Shown: positions 56,004 through 64,000 of the stretch, one piece after another
Numbering within the stretch: position 1 is the first letter of the stretch
How the letters are laid out: each line of letters opens with the position of its first letter
Assembly (NCBI GenBank): GCA_019509785.1
Contig: JAEKLQ010000021.1
Coordinates: 80,082 to 144,081, forward strand
Direction: 5' to 3'
DNA from: Fibrobacterota bacterium
GTDB lineage: Bacteria; Fibrobacterota; Fibrobacteria; UBA11236
Length of the DNA stretch: 64,000 bases
Made by a program: the position numbers and the translations under genes
Notes under the pieces: generated by a model
Databases searched by the model: none
What the model was told of the DNA's origin: nothing
The model's input: only the letters and a program-made list of their open reading frames with translations

Positions 56004-56945
56004 TTAGGCTTCCCCGATGGCGCGGGCGACCGGGCGATCGCGGTTGGCCATGCGATGATTGATCATCTCGCCCAAAAGCCCGATGGACACGAACTGGATG
56101 CCTACGATCATGAAGGCGACGCCGGCCAGCATCAGGGGCCGTACGTGCCCGTTGCCGGTGACCGCCCATTGGATGGCGAAGCCGGCGAGGATGAGGAAGC
56201 CGACGAAACTGCAGAGGAGGCCCACGAAACCGAACAAGTGCAGGGGCCGGGTGGTATAGCGATGCAGGAACACCAGGGTGATGAGATCGAACATCCCGTT
56301 GTTGAGGCGCGCCCATCCGTACTTGGAGACCCCGAACTTGCGCGCGCGGTGCTCCACGACCTTCTCGGCGACCTTGAACCCGTCCCAATGGGCCAGCACC
56401 GGGATATAGCGATGCAATTCGCCGTACAGGTCGAGGCTCTTCACCACCTCGCTCCGGTAGGCCTTGAGGCCGCAGTTGAAATCGTGAAGCTTCACGCCGG
56501 AAACCCGCGAGGTGATCCCGTTGAAGACTTTCGAAGGCAGGGTTTTGCCGAGAGGATCGTGGCGCTTCTTCTTCCAGCCGGAAACCAGATCGGCGCCGTC
56601 TTCCAACATCTTGATTAGCGCCGGGATCTCATTGGGGTTGTCCTGCAGATCGGCATCCATGGTAATGACGTATTTGCCCCGGGCTCGGGCGAAGCCTTCG
56701 GAAAGGGCGGCGGCTTTGCCGCTGTTGCGCCGGAATTGCACACCGCGGATGCGTCCGTCCTGGTCGGATAGCCTTTGGACGCATGCGAAGGTGCCGTCCT
56801 TGCTGCCGTCATCGATCACGATGGCCTCGTAATCGATCTTTTCCCGCTCGCACACCTCGCGGATTTCCCGCGCCAGCTCGGGCAGGCTCTCGACCTCGTT
56901 ATAGGCGGGGATGACGATGGAAAGGGTGGGGCTCATGACCTTCAT
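56004..56945 (-). CDS. Family-2 glycosyltransferase, polyprenol-phosphate hexosyltransferase type (GtrB/ArnC-like) with two C-terminal TM helices
   Basis: LSIVIPAYNEVESL...VIDDGSKDGT...DADLQDNP, C-terminal TM helices. Confidence 0.8.
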   Translation of the reverse strand: MKVMSPTLSIVIPAYNEVESLPELAREIREVCEREKIDYEAIVIDDGSKDGTFACVQRLSDQDGRIRGVQFRRNSGKAAALSEGFARARGKYVITMDADLQDNPNEIPALIKMLEDGADLVSGWKKKRHDPLGKTLPSKVFNGITSRVSGVKLHDFNCGLKAYRSEVVKSLDLYGELHRYIPVLAHWDGFKVAEKVVEHRARKFGVSKYGWARLNNGMFDLITLVFLHRYTTRPLHLFGFVGLLCSFVGFLILAGFAIQWAVTGNGHVRPLMLAGVAFMIVGIQFVSIGLLGEMINHRMANRDRPVARAIGEA

Positions 56946-58102
56946 TCTCCGCCTCGCGGCGAGGCATCGGCCGCGGGCAATGCGCCCCCGGCCGCTTCAT
57001 CAGCGGCCGCATCCGCAGCCGCTTCGGCCGCGGTCGCGATCCCGGCGGAACGGCCCCGCACAAAGTAGAATCCGCCCCCCAGCATGACAACCAGGCCGAC
57101 CACGGAAGGAAGGAACGCCAATGCCGCAGCGGTGGCGTTGCCATCCGCCGCCGCCAACACGCCCGGCAGGGTGTACAGATAGGTGCCGATGCTTTGCGGA
57201 ATGCCCCAGCCCCCCACGTTGAGCGGAATAACGCCCGCCAGCGCGATCACGGGGATGAAGCAGAAAAAGAAAACCGGCGAGATGCGCGCGTCCAACGCGA
57301 TCCCGGAGAACCAATGGACGTCGATGCGCAGCACCTGCACCAAACACGAGACGGCGATGATCCACATCATTTCCCGCCAGCGGGCCTGGTAGGCTTGCAA
57401 GATGCCCTGCATGCGGCCATGGGCCTCGGCCAGCCAGCGCATGCCCGCCCAATGGATGAGCGCGTTCACCAGGGCCGCGATGCGGCGGGACAGCAAAAGG
57501 ATCAGGACCGCGACGAAGATCCCGAACACCAGCCCGACCGCGTAGAGCAGATGGCGGAAGACGCCTTGGTCCAAGGTATGCCGCCAGAGCGCGAAGGCCA
57601 CCGCCACCAGGGACAACAGCGAAAGCGAGAAAAACCCGATCAGCCGATCGAGGAAGGTGGCCGCCACGGCCTTGCCCCAGCCGTCCGACCCCTGCTTCGC
57701 TTCGTATACCCGCAGGGCATCGCCGCCCACCGTCCCCGGCAGGAAGTTGTTCAGGAACATGCCCGAGTAGTAGGCCCGGAAACATGCGCGATACCCCATG
57801 GGAATCCCCTGCAAACGCAAGAGCAGGAACCATTGGTAGGCGCCCGCCGCCACCGAGATGAAGAAGAGGACCGCGCTTAGAAGTACCCAGCTCGGCCGCG
57901 CGCCGGCAAGGGTTTGCAAGATACGGCCCTGTCCGTTCTTGTTGATCACCCACCACAGGATGGCGAGGGCGGCGATGAGGCGCAGCCAAATCCAGGCCCG
58001 CTTCCGGCGCCGTCGCCGGTCGCCCGACTTTCCCAGGTCGCCCGACCGTCTGCGGTCTCCCGACCTTCCCAGGTCGCCCGACCGTCTGCGGTCGCCGCTC
58101 AC
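56942..58102 (-). CDS. Flippase-like integral membrane protein (UPF0104 / lysyl-phosphatidylglycerol-synthase TM-region family) with repeat-containing basic N-terminus
   Basis: 8 predicted TM helices, conserved Gly/Pro pattern of UPF0104. N-terminal RRSGDLGRSGDRRRSGDLGKSGDRRRRRKR. ATGA overlap with the downstream GT2. Confidence 0.65.
   Translation of the reverse strand: MSGDRRRSGDLGRSGDRRRSGDLGKSGDRRRRRKRAWIWLRLIAALAILWWVINKNGQGRILQTLAGARPSWVLLSAVLFFISVAAGAYQWFLLLRLQGIPMGYRACFRAYYSGMFLNNFLPGTVGGDALRVYEAKQGSDGWGKAVAATFLDRLIGFFSLSLLSLVAVAFALWRHTLDQGVFRHLLYAVGLVFGIFVAVLILLLSRRIAALVNALIHWAGMRWLAEAHGRMQGILQAYQARWREMMWIIAVSCLVQVLRIDVHWFSGIALDARISPVFFFCFIPVIALAGVIPLNVGGWGIPQSIGTYLYTLPGVLAAADGNATAAALAFLPSVVGLVVMLGGGFYFVRGRSAGIATAAEAAADAAADEAAGGALPAADASPRGGE
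58039..58101. repeat. Perfect 27-bp direct repeat (tcccaggtcgcccgaccgtctgcggtc x2, 36-bp period), in frame, encoding the duplicated RRSGDLG[RK]SGDR peptide
   Basis: Read directly from the sequence at 58039-58065 and 58075-58101. Confidence 0.6.
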
Positions 58103-59331
58103 GCCCGTCCTCCCTGGGAAGCGGCCGGTCCCGCCAGGGTATCATCCGTGTTACGTCCCCCCGGGTTGGCGGCCCCGCCTGGGGATCTCTCCCAAGCGCG
58201 CAGCAAGGCGTCGCGGGTGACCTCGAAGGTCTTTTCCCAGGTATGCCGGGAGGCCCAGTCCAAGCCGCGCAAGCGCATGGCGGCGGCGGCCTCCGGATCC
58301 GACAGGATGCCGCGGACCGCGGCCGCGAAGGCCTGCGCATCCCCGAAAGGGACCAAGTAACCGGTCTCGCCATGGCGCACGCTGTCGCACAGGCCCGGCA
58401 CGTCGGTGGCCACCACGGGAGTCCCGCAGGCATTGGCTTCGATGGAAGTGAGCCCCCAGCCTTCCTTGAGAGAGGAGTTGACCACCACGCGGGCCTCGCC
58501 GTAAAGCTCCACCTTGCGCTCTTCGCTGATGAAGCCCAGGAATTCCGTGCAAGCCTCCAACCCCAATGCCTTGGCCTTTTCCTTCAAACGGGGAACGTCG
58601 TCGCCGGAGCCGGCGATCTTGAGGACGAGATCGGGGAAGCCGGGTTTGAGGGCCGCGGCGCCTTCCAGGATCATGTCCAGGCCCTTATACCGCTTGATGC
58701 GGCCCACATAGAGGATGACGTTGCCGCGTTTGGCGGGATCGGCGGGCGGGCGGTACATGGATAAATCGGCGCCCTCGGGGGCGATGTCCACCTTGCCGAA
58801 GCCTTTGCGGATCAACTCGACCCGGCTGCTCTCCGATCCGGTCAGCACTTGCACCCGGCGATAGGCCGCCGGCATGAGGGCCTCGAAGGCAAGCACGTAG
58901 CAGGCCATGGGCCAGGCGGTTTCGTGGAACAGGACGCGCCCGAACAAATGATGGATTTGCGCCACCACCGGCTTGCCGCAGAACCAGGGCAGGAAGAAAG
59001 GGATCTTGTTGGAATCGTCCAGCACCACGTCGATGGCGTGCCGCCGGCACCAGCCGCGCGCGCGCAGGCCCACCGTGTAGTTGAAGAGGAACTTGCCGCC
59101 GATGCGATGGACCTCGACCCCGTCGATGATCTCGCGGGCGGGAGCCCCGGCGAAGGCGTGGGAATATTGCACGCAGGCGAAGCCCGCCGCTACCAGGCGC
59201 ACGGCCACCTCGTGGAGATGGACCTCGGCGCCCCCCGCCTCGGGATTCTTGATATCCCGCCAGTTGACCAAAAGGACCCGGGGGCGGCGCCCCGCGGGGC
59301 CCGCTACGCCGGACCCGCTCTTCGCCGCCAT
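58099..59331 (-). CDS. Family-4 glycosyltransferase (GT-B, retaining type)
   Basis: GT4 C-terminal signature region (EGWGLTSIEANACGTPVVATDVPGLCDSVRHGETGYLV). Confidence 0.8.
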   Translation of the reverse strand: MAAKSGSGVAGPAGRRPRVLLVNWRDIKNPEAGGAEVHLHEVAVRLVAAGFACVQYSHAFAGAPAREIIDGVEVHRIGGKFLFNYTVGLRARGWCRRHAIDVVLDDSNKIPFFLPWFCGKPVVAQIHHLFGRVLFHETAWPMACYVLAFEALMPAAYRRVQVLTGSESSRVELIRKGFGKVDIAPEGADLSMYRPPADPAKRGNVILYVGRIKRYKGLDMILEGAAALKPGFPDLVLKIAGSGDDVPRLKEKAKALGLEACTEFLGFISEERKVELYGEARVVVNSSLKEGWGLTSIEANACGTPVVATDVPGLCDSVRHGETGYLVPFGDAQAFAAAVRGILSDPEAAAAMRLRGLDWASRHTWEKTFEVTRDALLRAWERSPGGAANPGGRNTDDTLAGPAASQGGRA

Positions 59332-59345
59332 GGGTTCCGATTCTC

Positions 59346-62300
59346 TCAGGACTTCTTGCCCGATGGGGACGTGGTCCCCTTCATGGCGGTGTCCTTCTGT
59401 TTACCCGCGGGCGCCGGGGCCGTGCCCTTGGGCTTCCCGTTCTGCACCGGGGCCAGGCCCGGGATTCCGCCTTCACCCGGCTTAGCCGCGGTCTTATCCG
59501 CCGCGTGGGCCTTAGCGCTGTCTGCCGACGCGGCCCCGGGGGGCGGCGCGGGGTTGCGCATCTGGGTTTCCAGGAATTGGATCTGCTGGCTTACCATGGC
59601 CGCGTACTGGTGGCTGGGATTTGCGCGCAGCCATTCGGCCAGCACGTCATGCGCCTTCCCGAGATTGCCCCGCTTCTGGTACAGATCGCTCAGACCGTAC
59701 CACAATTCGAAGTCGTTGGGGGCTTGCCCCTTGAGATCGTTCAGGAGCGACTCGGCTTGGTCGAACTTGCTCTGCTCGATATAGAGCTGCGCGAGGTTGG
59801 CGCCGAAGAGCCTCGGATTGGGGGCATCGTGGATGCCTTTGCGGTAGTAGGCCTCGGCCTTGGCGTAGTCCTTGACGGCCTGGTAAAGCTGAGCGCCGTA
59901 ATAATTGTTCCGCCACTCGCGGGGGAGGATCTTGGCGTTCAACTGCAAGTACCTCTCGGCGAAGGCGATCTTGTCGTCCCGTTCCTTTTCTTTGGCCGCG
60001 ATGGCGGCCTTCAGGGAATCGGACGGAGCGGCCCCGGCGGACTTCTTCAAGCCCTCCAATTGCTTCTGGATTTCCACCAGCTTTTCCTGCGCCCACATCA
60101 CCAAGCGGAAGTCCGTCGCCGAATAGTTGGTCAAAAGGCCTTCGGTATTCAGATCCACGTTCAGCTTGGGATCGCCCAGGCCGCGGAAACGGTACACCGA
60201 ATCCACCAGATGGGCCGTCAGCGGGGCGTCGATATCCTTGTTCTTCTTCTCCTCCGTAAGGGTGTAGACCATCCCCTCCATGACGACGTATTTCTCCAGG
60301 CCCATCATGTTCTCGTCGCCCACCGTGACGGCGAAATGGATCGGGTGCGCCGGATAGTTGTTCTGGACGATGTGCAGGACCATGATGTCCTGGACCTTCA
60401 GATAGGGGCGCGGCTCCAGCTCGCTCACGATGGCGGAGTTGGGGACCTTGAACTCCACGGTTTTCTTGAAGCGCCAGGGTTGGGGCTCCATTTGCTTGAT
60501 CTCGTCGTCGCTGAACCCGATGTTGAGCTTCGGATCATGCGTCTTCAACTGCTTGATGTACCAATCGGTATTCACCAGGGACAGGTTCACCACGCGTACG
60601 TCGTTGCGGATATGCTCCACTTCCTGGATGAACCAGAGCGGAAAGGTATCGTTATCGCCGTTGGTGAAGAGCACGCTGTTGGGCCGGCACGATTGCAAGA
60701 GGTTGTAGGCGTAATCCCATGGGATGTAATCCCCCGTTCGATCATGCTCATGCCAGTTCGCCCACGATGGTACCGCCGCCGATACGGCCAATAAGGCCAG
60801 CCCCACTCCCCGGGGCATGCCATTGCGGCCGCCCGACTTCTCCTTCAACTTGTTCATCAGGAATCCCGAAGCCACCCCGAACAGGATGCCCATGAAGATG
60901 AAGCCGGGCGTGAAGAAGTAATCGCGATCGCGCACCTCGATATGCACGTTCTCCGGCTTCGCTTGCGGGTTGAAATTCTGCGATTTCCAATAATCGTAGT
61001 CGCGCATTTCCATCTGCGACCCGTCGGCGAAATTCATGTAGAAGATGAGGGCGTAACTGCCGATCGCGTAGAGCAGAAGCGCATAGGTCCCCAAATGCTT
61101 GTTGCGCTTGTACAGCAGATAGCCGCCGTACAGGAAAGGGGCCTGGAACAGCAAGAAGAGCAGCATCTGGACTTGACCATTGCTCCCGATGTTCATGAAC
61201 AAGGTGTTGAAATCATGCTTGACCGGGTGGATCCGGACCACCGGCTCATTCTCGTCGGCGCGGGTCTCCCCCACCTTCCAAGGGAAATACTGGCTGAGCA
61301 TATAGCCGCCGTATCCCATGTGGGGATAGACCAGCAATTGATGCAGCAGAACGCCGCGCCGATGGAAGGCGCGCGTGATCATGGATTCCGAGCCGTATTG
61401 CTTGCGCTCGAGGTATTCCTTGAAGACCGGCCAGGTGCGGGGCTCGTTCTCATCGATCTTCGGTTCGACGCTGGACCGGATGGGCACGTAAGCGTAGCTG
61501 GAGAAACCCAGCAAGGAGACTAGCCCTAAGATGACGGCGAACTTCCACCGCCGCTTGCCCTCCAGGTTCTTGGCCATCAGCCAGGCGACCAGGCCCACGG
61601 CCACCAGGCTCAGGGCGTAGAAGATGAAATCGCCGATATCATAGATGACGGCCATGAGCCCCAAGCCGGCCAGCGCCGTGGGGAGGTCGAATTCCAGATC
61701 CGGCATTCCCACCGCCACGATGGCGCCCACCACCAGGACCGAAACGTAGGCCCAGAACATATCCACCTTGGCGCCGCTCACGAGGATCATGCTGGCGATC
61801 CCGAAAGTGGCGAACACGAGGACGAACCCGAGCCAATTCTTGCGGTGGCGATCTTCCGAGATGACCACGAACAGGAGCACGGCGGGCATGGTGATGAAGG
61901 AGAAGGGATGGACGCCCATCCCTAAGAAGGCCAGATAGGCGATGAGGGCCAGGATGCGATCCGCCTTGGGGGTCCCGCGCCGCTCGTACCAATCCAGGGA
62001 CAGCCAGGAAATGAGAAGCACCAACAGCATGGAGGTCCCGTACACTTCCGCTTCCACCGCGCTGAACCAGAAGGTATCGGAGAACATGACCAGCACCGCG
62101 CCGATGAGGGCGGCGCAATGGGTGGCGAAGCGATCGAGCTTACGGGCGCAGGCGATGTCGAGCAGTTTGACCGTGAACAAATAGCACATCATCACCGTAA
62201 GGGCGCTGGTCAGCGCCGAGATGACGTTGACGCGCGTGGCGGCCTCCCGGAAAGGGGCGACCAGGATGAAGACCCGCGCCAGCAAGGTGAACAAGGGATT

Positions 62301-62459
62301 CCCCGGCGGATGGGGATTGCCCAGGATGTTGGATGCGCCCACCAACTCGCCGCAATCCCAGAAAGAGACGGTGGGGGCCATGGTGGCCAGGTAGACCGCG
62401 AAAGCCACGGCGAACATGGCGAGCGCCAGGATCAGTTTCAGTTGCTTCTCTGCCAGCAT
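59346..62459 (-). CDS. Large polytopic membrane protein of the DUF2723/TMEM260-like GT-C superfamily with C-terminal TPR repeats and K/A/P-rich tail
   Basis: N-terminal SFWDCGELV...GNPHPPGNPLF hallmark of DUF2723. >15 TM helices over ~650 aa. C-terminal TPR-like repeats, then a lysine/alanine/proline tail. Confidence 0.8.
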   Translation of the reverse strand: MLAEKQLKLILALAMFAVAFAVYLATMAPTVSFWDCGELVGASNILGNPHPPGNPLFTLLARVFILVAPFREAATRVNVISALTSALTVMMCYLFTVKLLDIACARKLDRFATHCAALIGAVLVMFSDTFWFSAVEAEVYGTSMLLVLLISWLSLDWYERRGTPKADRILALIAYLAFLGMGVHPFSFITMPAVLLFVVISEDRHRKNWLGFVLVFATFGIASMILVSGAKVDMFWAYVSVLVVGAIVAVGMPDLEFDLPTALAGLGLMAVIYDIGDFIFYALSLVAVGLVAWLMAKNLEGKRRWKFAVILGLVSLLGFSSYAYVPIRSSVEPKIDENEPRTWPVFKEYLERKQYGSESMITRAFHRRGVLLHQLLVYPHMGYGGYMLSQYFPWKVGETRADENEPVVRIHPVKHDFNTLFMNIGSNGQVQMLLFLLFQAPFLYGGYLLYKRNKHLGTYALLLYAIGSYALIFYMNFADGSQMEMRDYDYWKSQNFNPQAKPENVHIEVRDRDYFFTPGFIFMGILFGVASGFLMNKLKEKSGGRNGMPRGVGLALLAVSAAVPSWANWHEHDRTGDYIPWDYAYNLLQSCRPNSVLFTNGDNDTFPLWFIQEVEHIRNDVRVVNLSLVNTDWYIKQLKTHDPKLNIGFSDDEIKQMEPQPWRFKKTVEFKVPNSAIVSELEPRPYLKVQDIMVLHIVQNNYPAHPIHFAVTVGDENMMGLEKYVVMEGMVYTLTEEKKNKDIDAPLTAHLVDSVYRFRGLGDPKLNVDLNTEGLLTNYSATDFRLVMWAQEKLVEIQKQLEGLKKSAGAAPSDSLKAAIAAKEKERDDKIAFAERYLQLNAKILPREWRNNYYGAQLYQAVKDYAKAEAYYRKGIHDAPNPRLFGANLAQLYIEQSKFDQAESLLNDLKGQAPNDFELWYGLSDLYQKRGNLGKAHDVLAEWLRANPSHQYAAMVSQQIQFLETQMRNPAPPPGAASADSAKAHAADKTAAKPGEGGIPGLAPVQNGKPKGTAPAPAGKQKDTAMKGTTSPSGKKS

Positions 62460-62472
62460 CTTGCGGGTTCCT

Positions 62473-62886
62473 TTAATCGGGATTTTGGAAAGTCTTGGCG
62501 ATGGCGTCCAGGACGCCGTTGACGAACCGGCTGGAATCGCCGGTCGAGAATTTCTTGGCGATGTCCACAGCCTCGTTGATGGCCACTTTCAGGGGGACGT
62601 CCTGCATGTACATGAGCTCGGCCACCGCGCAGCGGATGATCAGCTTATCCACGATCGCTATCCGGTCCAGGTCCCAATTGCTGGCGGCCGCAGAAATGCG
62701 GGCGTCGAGATCCTGCTGGCTCTCCAATACCTTGCGGGCCAGGCGCGTACCGTACTCGCGCGCGTCCTGGGGCAAATCCGGATCCTCCGCGAGGCCCTTG
62801 AGGGCTTCGGCGAAGGCTTCCTTGCCCACCTCGACGGCGTAAAGCAATTGCATGGCGAACTCGCGCCCGCGGCGTCGGGAGATCAT
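62473..62886 (-). CDS. nusB: Transcription antitermination factor NusB
   Basis: RRGREFAMQLLYAVEV... NusB fold consensus. Confidence 0.85.
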   Translation of the reverse strand: MISRRRGREFAMQLLYAVEVGKEAFAEALKGLAEDPDLPQDAREYGTRLARKVLESQQDLDARISAAASNWDLDRIAIVDKLIIRCAVAELMYMQDVPLKVAINEAVDIAKKFSTGDSSRFVNGVLDAIAKTFQNPD

Positions 62887-63440
62887 TTACGGGTTTCCTT
62901 CCGCATAGTACTCCCTTTGATCTTTTCCAGCAGATCCGCCATCTCCAGGGCGCCGAGCGCGGCTTCCCTGCCCTTGTTCCCGCGTCCGGCGTCCGCCCGT
63001 TCCAGGGCTTGCTCCAGGTTCTCCGTGGTGAGCACCCCGAAGATGACGGGCACGCCAGTGCCCAGGGCGGCCTCGCGCAATCCGTCGGCCGCCATGGAAC
63101 AGACGTAGTCGTAGTGGGACGTATCCCCGCGTATGACGCATCCCAGCGCCACCACGGCCTCGTACCTGCCCGTAGCTGCCAGGGTTTTCGCGGCCAAGGG
63201 CAGTTCCACTGCGCCCGGGACCTTAGCCACCATGATGCTTTCCGCCTTCGCCCCATGCTCTATGAGGCAGGCGACCGCCCCGGCTTCCAACTGATCGGTC
63301 ACCAGGGAGTTGAACTTGGCCGTCACGATGGCCACCTTGCGCACGCGCCCCTCGGGCGCCCGCGCCGCCGGATCGCCGACGAGAGGTGCCAGCCCCTTCG
63401 CCGAAGGGATCGCGCCGCCGGCCTTGCTCTTGCCCGCCAT
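62883..63440 (-). CDS. ribH: 6,7-dimethyl-8-ribityllumazine synthase
   Basis: VAIVTAKFN...VALGCVIRGDTSHYDYV lumazine synthase core. Overlaps nusB by 4 nt. Confidence 0.9.
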   Translation of the reverse strand: MAGKSKAGGAIPSAKGLAPLVGDPAARAPEGRVRKVAIVTAKFNSLVTDQLEAGAVACLIEHGAKAESIMVAKVPGAVELPLAAKTLAATGRYEAVVALGCVIRGDTSHYDYVCSMAADGLREAALGTGVPVIFGVLTTENLEQALERADAGRGNKGREAALGALEMADLLEKIKGSTMRKETRK

Positions 63441-63443
63441 CCG

Positions 63444-64000
63444 TCAGCCCTGCTTTCCGGCCTTCTTGGCCGCGCCTTCCAAAGGCGACTGCCGGGTGAT
63501 CTTCAACCCATATCCCTCCAGCCCGCGGATGGGCTTGGGATGGTTGGTCAGCAAATGCAAATGGCGTACGCCCAGATCGAAAAGGATCTGCGCGCCGATG
63601 CCGTAAGTACGGGCGTCCATGTTGGCGGAATGGTGATCATTCTTCCGGCCCTTCGGATTCGCTTTCGCCAGCGCGGCCCCGCCACGACCCGATCCCGCCG
63701 TCCCGGTCGCCGGACCCGCAGGCCCGAAGGACTCGATTTTGCGGGAGAAAGCCGTCTCCGCGTCCACCTGGCGCATGTAGAGGAAAACGCCCCCCTGCTT
63801 CGCGATCAGATCCAATCCCGTATGCAAGAGGCGGCCGCAATCGCAACGGGTCGATCCGAAAACGTCCCCCACCAGGCATTCCGAATGCACGCGCACCAGG
63901 GCCGGGCGCTTGGGGCTGATATCGCCCTTCACCAAGGCCAGGTGCCGCCTTCCATGGATGACGTCCTCGTAAACGAAGGCGCGGAACATGCCATGCCGGG
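63444..64000 (-). CDS. ribA: GTP cyclohydrolase II domain of RibA/RibBA (N-terminal part lies beyond the window end) with a low-complexity insertion
   Basis: Zinc-binding RVHSECLVGDVFGSTRCDCG motif. Gene truncated at 64000. Confidence 0.8.
   Translation of the reverse strand, partial: RHGMFRAFVYEDVIHGRRHLALVKGDISPKRPALVRVHSECLVGDVFGSTRCDCGRLLHTGLDLIAKQGGVFLYMRQVDAETAFSRKIESFGPAGPATGTAGSGRGGAALAKANPKGRKNDHHSANMDARTYGIGAQILFDLGVRHLHLLTNHPKPIRGLEGYGLKITRQSPLEGAAKKAGKQG

Overview
High-GC (~65%) bacterial chromosomal segment, densely coding, with many spurious antisense ORFs typical of high GC. About 55 protein genes could be supported; no rRNA, tRNA, CRISPR array or clear mobile element was seen.

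Gene content:
- Housekeeping genes: ilvB, citrate synthase plus icd, queC/queE, hisC, apt, a dapA-like gene, accA/accB/accC, nusB, ribH, ribA (truncated at the window edge).
- Envelope and secreted proteins: OmpA-like protein with thrombospondin type-3 repeats, VIT-vWA protein, two Asp-box beta-propeller proteins, lamin-tail-domain protein, TlpA-PDZ lipoprotein, and several hypothetical outer-membrane or secreted proteins. Three of these carry a FlgD-Ig/T9SS-like C-terminal sorting domain, which hints at an FCB-superphylum-like organism (inference only).
- Signalling genes: a PAS-GAF-PP2C phosphatase, an HD-GYP protein, a standalone HisKA-like protein, and a Xer tyrosine recombinase between the first two.
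- A 10-kb minus-strand glycosylation cluster: GT2, GT2 Dpm1-like, RmlD-like, GT2 polyprenol-P glycosyltransferase, flippase-like UPF0104 protein, GT4, and a giant DUF2723 GT-C/TPR membrane protein.

Most notable candidate system (2180..7479, plus strand): a five-gene module of ECF sigma factor, membrane anti-sigma factor, secreted caspase-family (C14) peptidase with a C-terminal G-x-Q-x-G-x-x-N repeat module, and two paralogous ENPG lipoproteins. All four consecutive gene junctions are ATGA stop/start overlaps, so the five genes are almost certainly translationally coupled. The module sits just downstream of an unusually AT-rich, palindrome-bearing 330-bp divergent promoter region. It looks like an uncharacterised envelope-signalling, protease-containing module.

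Other oddities:
- pilT is embedded and translationally coupled between accB and accC.
- An adjacent acidic TPR scaffold protein has five reiterated G-D-V-E-x-x-L-D-x-L-F motifs and a FimV-like C-terminus.
- A fourfold GCGCCAWTGG site array lies upstream of the LTD operon.
- A G-free polypyrimidine tract lies in a 500-bp convergent intergenic region.
- hisC has a K/R-rich SPKK-like N-terminal extension.
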